Shown here one piece after another: positions 50,813 to 60,448 of a stretch of 64,000 bases of DNA. Below the pieces are notes generated by a model that did not search any database, was not told the DNA's origin, and worked only from the letters and a program-made list of their open reading frames with translations. Position 1 is the first letter of the stretch. Each line of letters starts with the position of its first letter. Made by a program: the position numbers and the translations under genes. Source of the DNA: Escherichia phage vB_EcoS_HdH2; the sequence record NC_048748.1. One strand, written 5' to 3'.

Positions 50813-52600
50813 TTAGGTAAGGCGTTGAACTGTTACTCTTAATCTCGGTAGGAAAATAGCTGCAGCCTCATCAGCGTGAATAATTACGCCCAATTCAGCA
50901 TTACCATTTCCTAGATTTTTAATAGTATAAATATATCCGTTTCTTCTAAATGTTAACTCATCAGGTCTACTTGCCCAAGTTTGAGTATAACTGTATGCAG
51001 TAGTGGAGTGATAAGGGACTAAGTATCCAGGAGGTAAGGTTAATATTTGATGGAATATTCCATCACCTTCCGTGTAACTATGCTGTCTTCTTCCTTGTAC
51101 TTGCCAAGCAACACCACCATATGTGCGTATAGCTCCTCCTGCGGTATTAATATTCCCCATGATAACTTCAGTAGTTAATATTACTGTTGCGTTAGCATTA
51201 GGCAATCCTAATCCTATGGTGGCCAAAGCTCTATAGTAGTTACCTGCTCCAGGATATGTTGGAGTTATATCATCGCCAACGTAAGTGCTAGCAACATTAT
51301 TAGGAAATAGTCTTAAGGGTACAGTACTAGGACTCCACACAGCTCCATGCTCATTACCTATAGTGTTATTACTTGAGTTTACGTACCATTGTTTACCCGC
51401 TCCGAATTTGTAAATACTAATTTGAGACTTAGCCCCTCCATAATCTACGGGAGACCATAAAGATCCATTACTAGATCCTACAATTTCACAGCGCGCAGTA
51501 GTATCCCCGAAGGCTCCAGTGTACGCTGCGTTATTTCCAATGTACTCCATATCTGGCCTATAGCCTAAGTTACCAAAAGCATTTTGGTTGATAAACTTAT
51601 ATCCAGTATTTGGTAAACTAACCCCTTTTATAGTAAAATTAGATGGAGTTATAAGTATATCTGACCCAGTAAATGGATTACCGGATACGCCCATATTACC
51701 ATTAGAGTACCTTAGATTAAGTACATACCAAATAACTTTGGTAGGTGTAATATTATAACCATCCTGCACATATACTTTCTTAGCGGCCTGTGCCGCTAAA
51801 TTAGATGTTGAACCTTTGCATATGTAAACCTTATCAGGGTAAGTAGGAGATTGATACAATAAGTTAACATTAGCCGGTACTGTGCCCTTTTTACCTACAT
51901 AACCTCGTATATTAGAGTTACAAACGTAAAACCAATTATGCCCTCTATGGGCGGCCCCTATAGGAGCTTGCCAATTAGGGTGCCAGTAGTCAGCATTACC
52001 ACCATCTATAGGTACTGTAGACGCTCCTGCTGGAAATCCTGCTAAAGTCCATGCCCTACCTATAGCCTCACCAGCATATGCTCCTCCCGGTCTATATAAA
52101 TTAAACCCAGAGGCTTGAGATATGGTACCACCTGTACCCTGCCTAGCAATTGATTCTTCATGCCCTAAACCAGAGTTATAAATATAGGTGCCATGTGCTA
52201 AACTATTACCGGATGCAAAAGCTGACGTAAGACCTACTTCTGCACCTGCCCTACCAATAGGCGGATCTTCAAAAAATGCAGTAAATTGACCAACTTGAGA
52301 TTGAGTACCATTAAGAAAAGCTCTGTGAGTACCATTTATCTCAATAGCAGTTAGTATAACTCTACCTGGGTCGTTGGATTTAATATTTATTATGTCAGAG
52401 GGCATTTGACATACAAAAAACCCATTCCCGGCATTACCTAATGCAGCCTCATAAGTACCATCAACTAGGACAAATGGCATATCACTATGAAAAATACTAT
52501 TGGCATTTGGACTATAGTGACGATTAATGTCACCACCAGATTCAGTATTTAAAGATAGTACGGTCTTACCATCGCTATATTTTCCAGCGAAAAAACCCAT
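50813..52600 (-). CDS. receptor-binding tail protein (T5 pb5/oad-type)
   Basis: 595 aa; divergently adjacent to a lipoprotein gene as in T5 oad-llp; Gly/Asn/Tyr-rich. Confidence 0.6.
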
Positions 52601-52625
52601 ATAATCTCCTATTATAAAAATGTAT

Positions 52626-52654
52626 TTGCTTTCATCCCTCTATTTTGCTATAAT
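52626..52654 (+). promoter_or_regulatory. sigma70-type early promoter for llp
   Basis: TTGCTT, 17-bp spacer, TATAAT, then AGATTCATAAATTAGAAATGGAGAG. Confidence 0.7.
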
Positions 52655-52685
52655 AGATTCATAAATTAGAAATGGAGAGATAAAT

Positions 52686-52952
52686 ATGAAAAAGTTTGTG
52701 ATTGCACTAGTTGCCGCAGTTATGTTGTCTGGTTGTGCACCTACCCCCAAACCATTTTGTACGGGATTTGTAAAATCTTTTGGCGGTGCTGGGGAGGAGC
52801 ATTACGGCCTCAAGGTTCAAAAAGTTCGTATTAAGGGAGATCGCTTCCCAGTAGTACAGCTCCGTACTAAGTTTGGGTGGTGGGATCTCAGTCAGTTTGA
52901 CCTTAAATACGGTGATTGTAAATTTAAACTAGAGCAATCTAACTACCTGTAA
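52686..52952 (+). CDS. llp: lytic-conversion (superinfection exclusion) lipoprotein, Llp-like
   Basis: Signal peptide plus lipobox MKKFVIALVAAVMLSGC; 88 aa; divergent from receptor-binding protein gene. Confidence 0.7.
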   Translation: MKKFVIALVAAVMLSGCAPTPKPFCTGFVKSFGGAGEEHYGLKVQKVRIKGDRFPVVQLRTKFGWWDLSQFDLKYGDCKFKLEQSNYL

Positions 52953-53128
52953 TTAGTATAAAGCAAAAAGACATCCAAGTAAACTAAATTTTTTATTTCT
53001 TGGATGGTGTACTGGCAGAAACCACTATATAAGAAAAGTAGAAGTCCTTCTAGGAGTTCACAGGCACGGTTGGTTGTACACAAATTATAGAATATTTCAA
53101 AAATCACATTTATAGGAGTATGAAAGAT

Positions 53129-53257
53129 ATGTCAAACAAAAGAAAGAGCAGACGCGGAGAAGTGTACGATAGCTGGATTAATAGTTTTGGACTTGGTACT
53201 ATCCTATTCTTTATTTTCGTAGGTTTTTGGTTAGCAGCTATGGCGGGGTGGATTTAA
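53129..53257 (+). CDS. small membrane protein (42 aa)
   Basis: AGGAG 9 nt upstream; MSNKRKSRRGEVYDSWINSFGLGTILFFIFVGFWLAAMAGWI; not in ORF track (below its size cutoff). Confidence 0.5.
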   Translation: MSNKRKSRRGEVYDSWINSFGLGTILFFIFVGFWLAAMAGWI

Positions 53258-53364
53258 TGGAATGGGTAATTATTGCACTACTAGGGATTGTGATTATCGG
53301 GCAATGTATTTTAGATAATCACTTAGCTAGAATTGAAACCTTATTAACGGAGAAGCGTAAATGA
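53257..53364 (+). CDS. small membrane protein (35 aa)
   Basis: TAATG overlap with previous ORF; MEWVIIALLGIVIIGQCILDNHLARIETLLTEKRK. Confidence 0.45.
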   Translation: MEWVIIALLGIVIIGQCILDNHLARIETLLTEKRK

Positions 53365-53555
53365 TGGAAGTAGTAGCTACACTAATAGTAATACTAGTAT
53401 GGGCAACTTTCATTGTTTCTTATAACGCGTATGTTCGCCTAAAAACTCTAGAAGCTCAAGTAAAACAACAACAAGTTACTCTAGAAAAGCTAGTACTACT
53501 GCAACGTTGTGATAGCACCCGTATTCTGCAAATTGAGAGGGAATTAGATGTTTAG
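53361..53555 (+). CDS. small membrane protein (64 aa)
   Basis: ATGA overlap; N-terminal hydrophobic helix VVATLIVILVWATFIVSY. Confidence 0.5.
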   Translation: MMEVVATLIVILVWATFIVSYNAYVRLKTLEAQVKQQQVTLEKLVLLQRCDSTRILQIERELDV

Positions 53556-53793
53556 TATTATAATTGCTTTTATTATAGGGGTATTTGCGGGAGTTTTCGG
53601 GATGACTGCGGCTATTAACAAGCATCGTAAATATATTGCGGAAGTATCGCGGGAGATTGCGGAAAGGGAGCGGAAGTTTGACGAGAAACGTGCGGAGTTT
53701 GAGCGGGAGTGGTCGGATGGATCTCGGGCGTCGCGGAAGAGATTCCGTGAGTTTAGACCAGAACACAGGTTCGATGGCCCTTCTATGCGCTAA
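53548..53793 (+). CDS. small membrane-anchored protein with charged tail (81 aa)
   Basis: Hydrophobic IIIAFIIGVFAGVFGMTAAI then Arg/Glu-rich tail. Confidence 0.5.
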   Translation: MFSIIIAFIIGVFAGVFGMTAAINKHRKYIAEVSREIAERERKFDEKRAEFEREWSDGSRASRKRFREFRPEHRFDGPSMR

Positions 53794-53898
53794 TTGGGAA
53801 ATCTCGAAATTTCATAAGATTACACATGGAGGTGTGTCCAGTGGCCCCCCAGATGAGAATGAGTCTCATTACCGCCCGTTACTATTACCATGCTAACT

Positions 53899-53935
53899 GT
53901 TTCACCCTGCAACCATTTTAATTGCAAGGTGAAAC
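53899..53935. other. 13-bp-stem hairpin between convergent genes
   Basis: gtttcaccctgcaa / ttgcaaggtgaaac (one mismatch); no flanking U-run. Confidence 0.4.
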
Positions 53936-53952
53936 AATATCAACTTTAATTA

Positions 53953-54687
53953 TTACGCAACTTTTAATTTCTCGATATATTGTTGCGGGCTGCAACTATA
54001 TTCTGCGCGTTCTTCTTCTGTCATACTTTCCCAACATAATTGCAAGCGATCGGCTAGGAACTGATAATCATTATCATCCTCAAGAGATTCATCAATAAAG
54101 GTTTCACCTATCAATGTGACGCCGATTGATAGAATATCGTTAATAGCTTGCGCGTCCAGCGTTTTAAATCCATATGATGCCGCCGCTGATAGCACGCCTT
54201 TATGATCGTCGATCATCGTGAAATCAGCGTTCGGGTATAGCTGTTTGAATAGCTCAAAATAATGGCTTTTATAAATAGCGTCCTTACTGTGGTATATTTC
54301 GCTAACTTTATCAGCCGTAAAATATTTGTGAAGTGTATCGCGGGAAAATACACGGATATTACTATCCCCACGCCCTCGCAATCCTTGCTTGCGCAAATAA
54401 TAATAGTCCGACTTGCTCATCAGTCGAGCGGTACAAATAATGTTTAACGTGTTGGCGTCATTCATGCACTGGCGCATATATGTAACAAGCGGCAATAAAG
54501 TATCCTGCATTATTAAATCATGTTTACATGCTTCATTTTTATACTTATTTAAATCTAAATTCCCATCGCTATCAAAGCAAGGCGCTACGCGATGAAATGA
54601 ATTGATGATTGTTCCGTCCAGATCCCAAATCATGACGCGGGAAATATGCGGGAAATTACGGGTAATATTCGTTTTAACTTGATTCAT
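53953..54687 (-). CDS. dmp: HAD-family phosphatase, candidate 5'-deoxyribonucleotidase (dmp-like)
   Basis: 244 aa; HAD motif I MIWDLDGTIINS; located in pre-early-type block with A1-like gene. Confidence 0.5.
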   Translation of the reverse strand: MNQVKTNITRNFPHISRVMIWDLDGTIINSFHRVAPCFDSDGNLDLNKYKNEACKHDLIMQDTLLPLVTYMRQCMNDANTLNIICTARLMSKSDYYYLRKQGLRGRGDSNIRVFSRDTLHKYFTADKVSEIYHSKDAIYKSHYFELFKQLYPNADFTMIDDHKGVLSAAASYGFKTLDAQAINDILSIGVTLIGETFIDESLEDDNDYQFLADRLQLCWESMTEEERAEYSCSPQQYIEKLKVA

Positions 54688-54761
54688 TTTGTTACGTTCT
54701 CCGTTTAAGGGATTAAATTAAATTAATCCAGCCCACTGGATGGGCCGGACTATTCCAGCTA

Positions 54762-55154
54762 TTAAAGACCATAAGCCAACGCATCAGCGATAAAACTAAT
54801 ATCCTCACCTGATACATCGGAACGGATGCCCGCGCATGTAAATACCTTCGCGCTCATTAGCTGATCATCAAGGCAAGCGGGGCAAGGGGCAACTACTGCG
54901 AAAGCTAACCCCGATTTCACCGCGTCGATGATAGTCGTTTCTTGTTTCATCGTGTCAATATAAACGCCTTTCGCCTTGATGCGGCTGGATAGTTTGCCCG
55001 TGGTATAGGCAAAGGTAGTAACCTGCAAAGCGTCATTAAAATCTAATAGGTCATCAACAACGTGCCCCGCCTCAACGTGATACCGCTCACCATTAGAATA
55101 AACTAGGACGATGGAAGAATGAGCGCGATCGAATGGAATATTTTGCTTTTTCAT
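54762..55154 (-). CDS. hypothetical pre-early protein (A2 position)
   Basis: 130 aa, downstream of A1-like gene. Confidence 0.4.
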   Translation of the reverse strand: MKKQNIPFDRAHSSIVLVYSNGERYHVEAGHVVDDLLDFNDALQVTTFAYTTGKLSSRIKAKGVYIDTMKQETTIIDAVKSGLAFAVVAPCPACLDDQLMSAKVFTCAGIRSDVSGEDISFIADALAYGL

Positions 55155-55175
55155 ATTTATAAAACTCCAATTAGT

Positions 55176-55685
55176 TTAATAAGGGATATTAAATTCTTTA
55201 CACTTTGATTTAACCCATTCTAAAAGAATAGATAAATCATAATTGCCTTTTGAAACATATTTATTTGTTATAGGGTTTTTAATTTTTGCCCTGTAATATT
55301 CTCCCGCTATGGGATCAACTTTATCAAGATAAATATATTTCGGTAGTTTATTACGCCTTTTATAATCACTCTTATTTGTCATATTAACCGCATGAGTAAC
55401 TAGGCGTAAATTATTTATATCGTTGTTAACGGGGTAAGAAATTATTTTATGATCTATATCTAAATCAGGGTTAATTTCTTTATTAAATAAAACCCAAATT
55501 AAACGATGAGCTTTATATAATTCACCATTAATCATTACATCATAATAGCCTGTCTGATTTAATGTTCCCGCTACACTTCCAGCTTTCACACCGGGCTTAC
55601 TTATTTTCCATCGTAAAAATGATGGGCTAGATTCATCATAATAAACATTCTCGTTAACTTCATTAAAATCTATTTCTTTTGCCAT
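55176..55685 (-). CDS. free-standing HNH homing endonuclease
   Basis: YKAHRLIWVLF...DIDHKIISYPVNNDINNLRLVTHAVN; paralogue of 59474..59821. Confidence 0.75.
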   Translation of the reverse strand: MAKEIDFNEVNENVYYDESSPSFLRWKISKPGVKAGSVAGTLNQTGYYDVMINGELYKAHRLIWVLFNKEINPDLDIDHKIISYPVNNDINNLRLVTHAVNMTNKSDYKRRNKLPKYIYLDKVDPIAGEYYRAKIKNPITNKYVSKGNYDLSILLEWVKSKCKEFNIPY

Positions 55686-55755
55686 TTATATTCCTCCAAT
55701 TAATATTATCTCATTAATTGGAGGATTTAGGCAAATAAGGTTTTAATTTATCGGC

Positions 55756-57429
55756 TTACTGTACAAAGAATTTACCGTTCTTAAAGTCGATCAAAGTACG
55801 CTGGCCGTTCGCATAGGTAATAACATGCGTTTGCGTCCAGCTTGACGCGCCAACGTTGTAACCCATATCCAGACTACCAGACACGCCGGCAGTGTATACG
55901 CCGCCGTAAATGCTGGCGGTGTGAGTGTGCCCCGTGTTTAATTTGCCCAATTTCTTAAATTGCTTCGGATTGCCACGGCTCCCGTTAATGCCATTGTGAC
56001 CGTGTACGCCGCATTCAATGCCTGCAATTTTAAATGATTGGTCAGTGGTCAGGAAAATAGCGTTAAATTCACAACCTGCAACCTTGCGCAGCGCATAATC
56101 TAGCACGTTGAAAGTATCGTCTTTTTCTGCAATAGCTCCGTAAATCGCAGCATTAAGGCGGTGATATAGTTCCGCGTTGGCTGGATCGTCTTTAATGTTA
56201 GCATTACGATCATCAAGCCAACGGGATAACGCCAGATCATGGTTAGATTCAACAATGATCGTTTGAGCAAAATCGCGCTCCATTGATTCCAGTACGCGCC
56301 CGGTATCGATCAAATCATCAATAACCTTATCACGTCCGGCGGCGTATTGTTTTGCTAGGAATACACCAGACGCACGATTATGATGATTGCGTGATGTAAA
56401 ATCATGCACGTCATGCACAAACTGATATTTTGGCTTCAGAATATCAACAAGCCCGTAGGTGTCACCATGCCCCCACGACGCAGCGGCGCACTCCTCATCT
56501 AATTTTTCAGCGTGAATATCGCCATATTGTAAACCTAAAACGTGCCCCGTTGTTTCATAGCATCCGGCGGGAGTGGCGCAAATATTCAAATCGTAAAACA
56601 TGCCGCTTTCGTCCATCGTTTCAAGCTGGCGAACAAAAAATTCCCCGTCCTCGTCGAACTCAACGACAAGCGCACCAAAGTTATGTAGCGCCTCGGCCTT
56701 TTGCCCTGCTTTCTGCTGGATGTAGTTTTTAAGCGTTGCCGTGCCCGTTGAATACATGCGGCGCACTACTTCACCTTTTAAAGCTGGCACGCTTTCGGCG
56801 GTGATTTTAGCCGCCCCGATTGCCAGACCTTCCAGATTAAGCGCCGTTGCAGTTTCAGCGAATCCAGAAAGCGGATAATCTGCGGTAGGTAACACGTTAA
56901 TCTCCGCCATGAAAGCAAAACGGCGATTATTTAAAAACACGTTTTTGCTGCAAATATATTTATCAAATGCAGAATCATATTTGATTCCGTCCGCGCCCTC
57001 ACCATTTTGGAATCCGTTTTTATTATAAATATACTTAGAAACAAGCAAATCAGCGCCGATAAACTGGGCATATTGTTCAAGCGAGGCTAAAAAGTTTTTA
57101 TGCGGGAAAGTATTATTCTGAATCGAGGTAATAATAAAGCGTTTGCCTTGTTTTACTTCCCAGCTTTCCACCGTGCTAGAAATAACTCCGGCGGCTTCAG
57201 GGCGGTCATCGTTTTTAATAGCTTTTACAGTTTTTGCCGCTTTTGGTTTCGCTGGTTTATTTGCTTCCAGCCAATCACAAATAGCGGTGGAATGCTTTGG
57301 AGTATCGTAAACCGCTTTCGAAATATCGTCGCATACTTCCAGTTTAGTAGCGCGCAGACGTTTACCATAGAAATTGAAGTCAGCGGCAAGGTTCAGGATA
57401 ACGGTTTGTTTTTCTGCGGAAATAATCAT
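55756..57429 (-). CDS. A1: A1-like pre-early protein, calcineurin-type metallophosphoesterase
   Basis: 557 aa; motifs GLQYGDIHAEK, VESNHD, GVHGHNG, GHTH. Confidence 0.7.
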   Translation of the reverse strand: MIISAEKQTVILNLAADFNFYGKRLRATKLEVCDDISKAVYDTPKHSTAICDWLEANKPAKPKAAKTVKAIKNDDRPEAAGVISSTVESWEVKQGKRFIITSIQNNTFPHKNFLASLEQYAQFIGADLLVSKYIYNKNGFQNGEGADGIKYDSAFDKYICSKNVFLNNRRFAFMAEINVLPTADYPLSGFAETATALNLEGLAIGAAKITAESVPALKGEVVRRMYSTGTATLKNYIQQKAGQKAEALHNFGALVVEFDEDGEFFVRQLETMDESGMFYDLNICATPAGCYETTGHVLGLQYGDIHAEKLDEECAAASWGHGDTYGLVDILKPKYQFVHDVHDFTSRNHHNRASGVFLAKQYAAGRDKVIDDLIDTGRVLESMERDFAQTIIVESNHDLALSRWLDDRNANIKDDPANAELYHRLNAAIYGAIAEKDDTFNVLDYALRKVAGCEFNAIFLTTDQSFKIAGIECGVHGHNGINGSRGNPKQFKKLGKLNTGHTHTASIYGGVYTAGVSGSLDMGYNVGASSWTQTHVITYANGQRTLIDFKNGKFFVQ

Positions 57430-57526
57430 AGTAATAAAGCTCCATTAAAGGGATTAAAAACGTTTGTTATTGGCAAATATTGCCAGATATAACGCCGCTT
57501 ATTTACAGCGTTATAACTTGCAATAT

Positions 57527-57772
57527 TTAACTAATCGGCATAAGGCTAGAACTAACACCACAAGCAACGGCGGCAATAAAGCAAAGTAAGCCCAACCGCT
57601 TTGCTAATTTAGATTTACGTTTAAAATAATATGAATCTAAATCATTTTGAAAATAAGCGAACAATAATGAGGCCGCTACAATAAATAAGCCTAAAATTAG
57701 CGATTCAGTGGGGTAAAAGATCATTTTAATAACTCCAGTCAAAGGGAAATTATAGTGGGGAATATTCCCCAC
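57527..57772 (-). CDS. small membrane protein
   Basis: 81 aa; two hydrophobic helices. Confidence 0.5.
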   Translation of the reverse strand: MGNIPHYNFPLTGVIKMIFYPTESLILGLFIVAASLLFAYFQNDLDSYYFKRKSKLAKRLGLLCFIAAVACGVSSSLMPIS

Positions 57773-57781
57773 TAATTAAAT

Positions 57782-58189
57782 TTATTCGCCTGCGGCTTGT
57801 TTTACTTCATCGGCAACGCCTAACAGCTGCGCCACGGCGTCCAACGTTTCTAATTTTGCGCTTTCCAGTGATGCCAGATCGTCAACGTCTTTGATAATGC
57901 CGGAATCAATGGCATGTTTAGCGATAACACGCACATAATGCGCTTTACGAATGGAACTGCCGCCGCCAACTTTACGCGGCTTATCGCTTTTCTGATACGC
58001 TTTCGCGCTGGTCAATTTTGAGCGAACGGACACGGGGGAGGCCGCACCTACTGCTTTCGCAATCTCTTTCAAGCCGTCGCTATTTGCGAAATCTAAACCG
58101 TTTTCATTGATTAGCTGCTGATACATGGAAACAGCCTGCTGGGTGTTTTCTTCATTCCAAGAAAATTTTGCGGTTTTAACGTTAGTCAT
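57782..58189 (-). CDS. hypothetical pre-early protein
   Basis: 135 aa; AGGAG SD. Confidence 0.55.
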   Translation of the reverse strand: MTNVKTAKFSWNEENTQQAVSMYQQLINENGLDFANSDGLKEIAKAVGAASPVSVRSKLTSAKAYQKSDKPRKVGGGSSIRKAHYVRVIAKHAIDSGIIKDVDDLASLESAKLETLDAVAQLLGVADEVKQAAGE

Positions 58190-58290
58190 GATTATAACTC
58201 CTATTGAATTAATTTAAGGGATAAGATTAACATAATGTTAATCGTTATATCCCCCGAACTACTGGGGGATATAAAAGTAACACTATAAAC

Positions 58291-58542
58291 TTATGCTACA
58301 GCTTCCCATTTTTCGTTACGCTGGATAACCTTTACAGCGTCGCCGGATTTAACCCGAACGCTATAAATAGTTTTTCCGTTGTTACTCCGTTCCGTTTCAG
58401 CGTATACCGCATCAATTACATCAAACGGCATAAGCGCCGCGCCTTTGATGCGTTCGGTTTTTCCGGTTGCCTCATCCGTTTTAGTAACGAAAGGAATAAA
58501 AACGGATTGACCAATTTTAGGCGCATTAGTAACGTTTTGCAT
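58291..58542 (-). CDS. hypothetical small protein
   Basis: 83-aa ORF. Confidence 0.45.
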   Translation of the reverse strand: MQNVTNAPKIGQSVFIPFVTKTDEATGKTERIKGAALMPFDVIDAVYAETERSNNGKTIYSVRVKSGDAVKVIQRNEKWEAVA

Positions 58543-58774
58543 AGTATAAACTCCAGTTTATTTAGTGGATTGTTCCGCATTACCTGCTGTAAAAGTAGTG
58601 GCAGGTAATAAGTAACAATCCGCTCGCCATTATAATCAATTTAAGGAACTCCACTCAGGCCGCTATATCCCAGTTAGGGGGCGGGGCACATTATGGCAAG
58701 TACCGGCCGTCAAATTTTATCAAGTTATCGCTCTCATCGAACTGGGTACATCTTAAAGCCTATCGGCTAGGGTG

Positions 58775-58978
58775 TCAAACAATTTTTTGCAGTTTTTTAT
58801 GATTCTCTTTCAAGTCAATCATAATATTGCGCCAGATCATTTCCAACCCTTGCTGGCGGCCTTTCTTGTACTGCGTGAATCTATATTTTACGGATTGCTG
58901 AGCTATTGTCAACAATTTTTTAGTAGTACCATCCAATTTTTTGGCTGGTTTACCAGTTATTAAAAGCGTTTGTTTCAT
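58775..58978 (-). CDS. hypothetical small basic protein, enclosed by 24-bp inverted repeats
   Basis: 67 aa, Lys-rich; AAGGA SD. Confidence 0.4.
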   Translation of the reverse strand: MKQTLLITGKPAKKLDGTTKKLLTIAQQSVKYRFTQYKKGRQQGLEMIWRNIMIDLKENHKKLQKIV

Positions 58979-59473
58979 ATCTGCGATTCCTTATATAATT
59001 GATAAGTTTACCGCCGATAGACTTTAAGATGTACCCAATTTTTAAAGAGCGCGGCGGTAAACTTTCCCGCCGTGTAGTTCGTCATTGCCGCCCTACGAGA
59101 TAAATAATAGGGGATACCCAAAAATGGCGCAACCTTATTTTTGTAAAGAAATGTAAAGAAGGCAACACGCCCGGCGCTCACATAAGTTTAAAGGAAACGG
59201 GCGCGCGGATACCACAAAACACAGCAGATAGGCAAGTAATTTTTTCATTTATATTTGCCTTGCCCTACTTGACAAAACTTAAAAAGCTCGTGGTAGCGAT
59301 AAACGAGGGTAGGCAATGCAATGGCATACCTGAAAATTTTACCGCTTTCTAGGGCGTTTTAGGCGGCCTAAAATTGATTTAACAAATATTTAACAACTGC
59401 AAAATTGAAAAATAGTTGGAAAAGGTATTGACTTTTAAAAATCAAGACTAAATGAGTTATTTTATAAAATTAA

Positions 59474-59821
59474 TTAATTGACTTTCTTTTTATATTGTGA
59501 AGGCCGGTTTTTATTGTTTTCGGCCTGCGTTACTTGTCTAAGGTTATCCCCTTTATTATTTAGCTTGTTACGATCAATATGATCAATCATTAGATTACTA
59601 TCTATTTCACCATGTAATAGTAACCATACGACACGATGTACTAAATAACATTCTTTATTAAGTCGAACGATATAATAACCTTGTGAATAGTAAGTACCTG
59701 CAACTGTATCTTTCCTAACTCTTCCCTTATTGACTTTCCAGCGTAGTGACGTTTTCGATGTTTCATCATAATAAAAGTAATGATTAAACAAGTCATAATC
59801 CATTTCTTTATATTTACCCAT
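59474..59821 (-). CDS. free-standing HNH homing endonuclease
   Basis: YLVHRVVWLLLHG...DHIDRNKLNNKGDNLRQVTQAEN; N-terminus parallels 55176..55685. Confidence 0.75.
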   Translation of the reverse strand: MGKYKEMDYDLFNHYFYYDETSKTSLRWKVNKGRVRKDTVAGTYYSQGYYIVRLNKECYLVHRVVWLLLHGEIDSNLMIDHIDRNKLNNKGDNLRQVTQAENNKNRPSQYKKKVN

Positions 59822-59876
59822 TGTTATAGTTTCCTTATGTTATTAATTTAATCTCTATTATATTATATCAAAACCA

Positions 59877-59959
59877 TTAGCAGACTACCTAATGAGTTTT
59901 TCAAGTTTAATTAGCAGACTACTAATCCCGGAAAATCTCATTAGCCAACTAACTATTTC
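59877..59959 (+). repeat. three direct repeats of TTAGC(A/C)(G/A)ACTA(C/A)
   Basis: Copies at 59877, 59911, 59941 in the intergenic region upstream of the HNH gene start. Confidence 0.6.
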
Positions 59960-60085
59960 TTGAGTTATAATATAAATATAAATTAATGAGAAATAATCAC
60001 TATAAAAATAATCACTACGATAATAATAACAACAAGAAACTATCGGCCTAAGTGAGAACCACTATCATTTAAGTTATTCACAAAG

Positions 60086-60181
60086 TTATCCACAGCACAA
60101 AATGATTTGACACGATAGGCGGCGATATACGGGCTTATCCACAGACTTATCCACAGGTTATCCTACTGTATAAATATACAG
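60086..60181 (+). promoter_or_regulatory. left inverted-repeat module: three DnaA boxes plus a LexA-like SOS box
   Basis: TTATCCACA at 60086, 60135, 60147; CTGTATAAATATACAG at 60166..60181. Confidence 0.7.
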
Positions 60182-60448
60182 GGTAGAAAGGTAGTGTTAA
60201 CGACTGCAATCAATTTTATGCCGCCTAAAACGCTTTCTAACGAGCTAAATGCGGTGGGGTAATATTAAAGTAAAGCCGCAACGCGTCGCCCTGGTGGCTT
60301 CGCCGTGTTTTGCTCTTTACTATGCCGCTGCGCGGTTAGCATAAAACTAGGTGTTAGGCAAGGAAAATAAAAAGGTAAAATAATATTTGCCCCTAGAAAG
60401 AAAATACCTTTATCATTCACTCACCGATTAACGAGGGAGGCCGAACAA

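Noticed and set aside
56430-57492. Two plus-strand ORFs (100 and 130 aa)
   Set aside because: Lie entirely within and antisense to the A1-like metallophosphoesterase gene.
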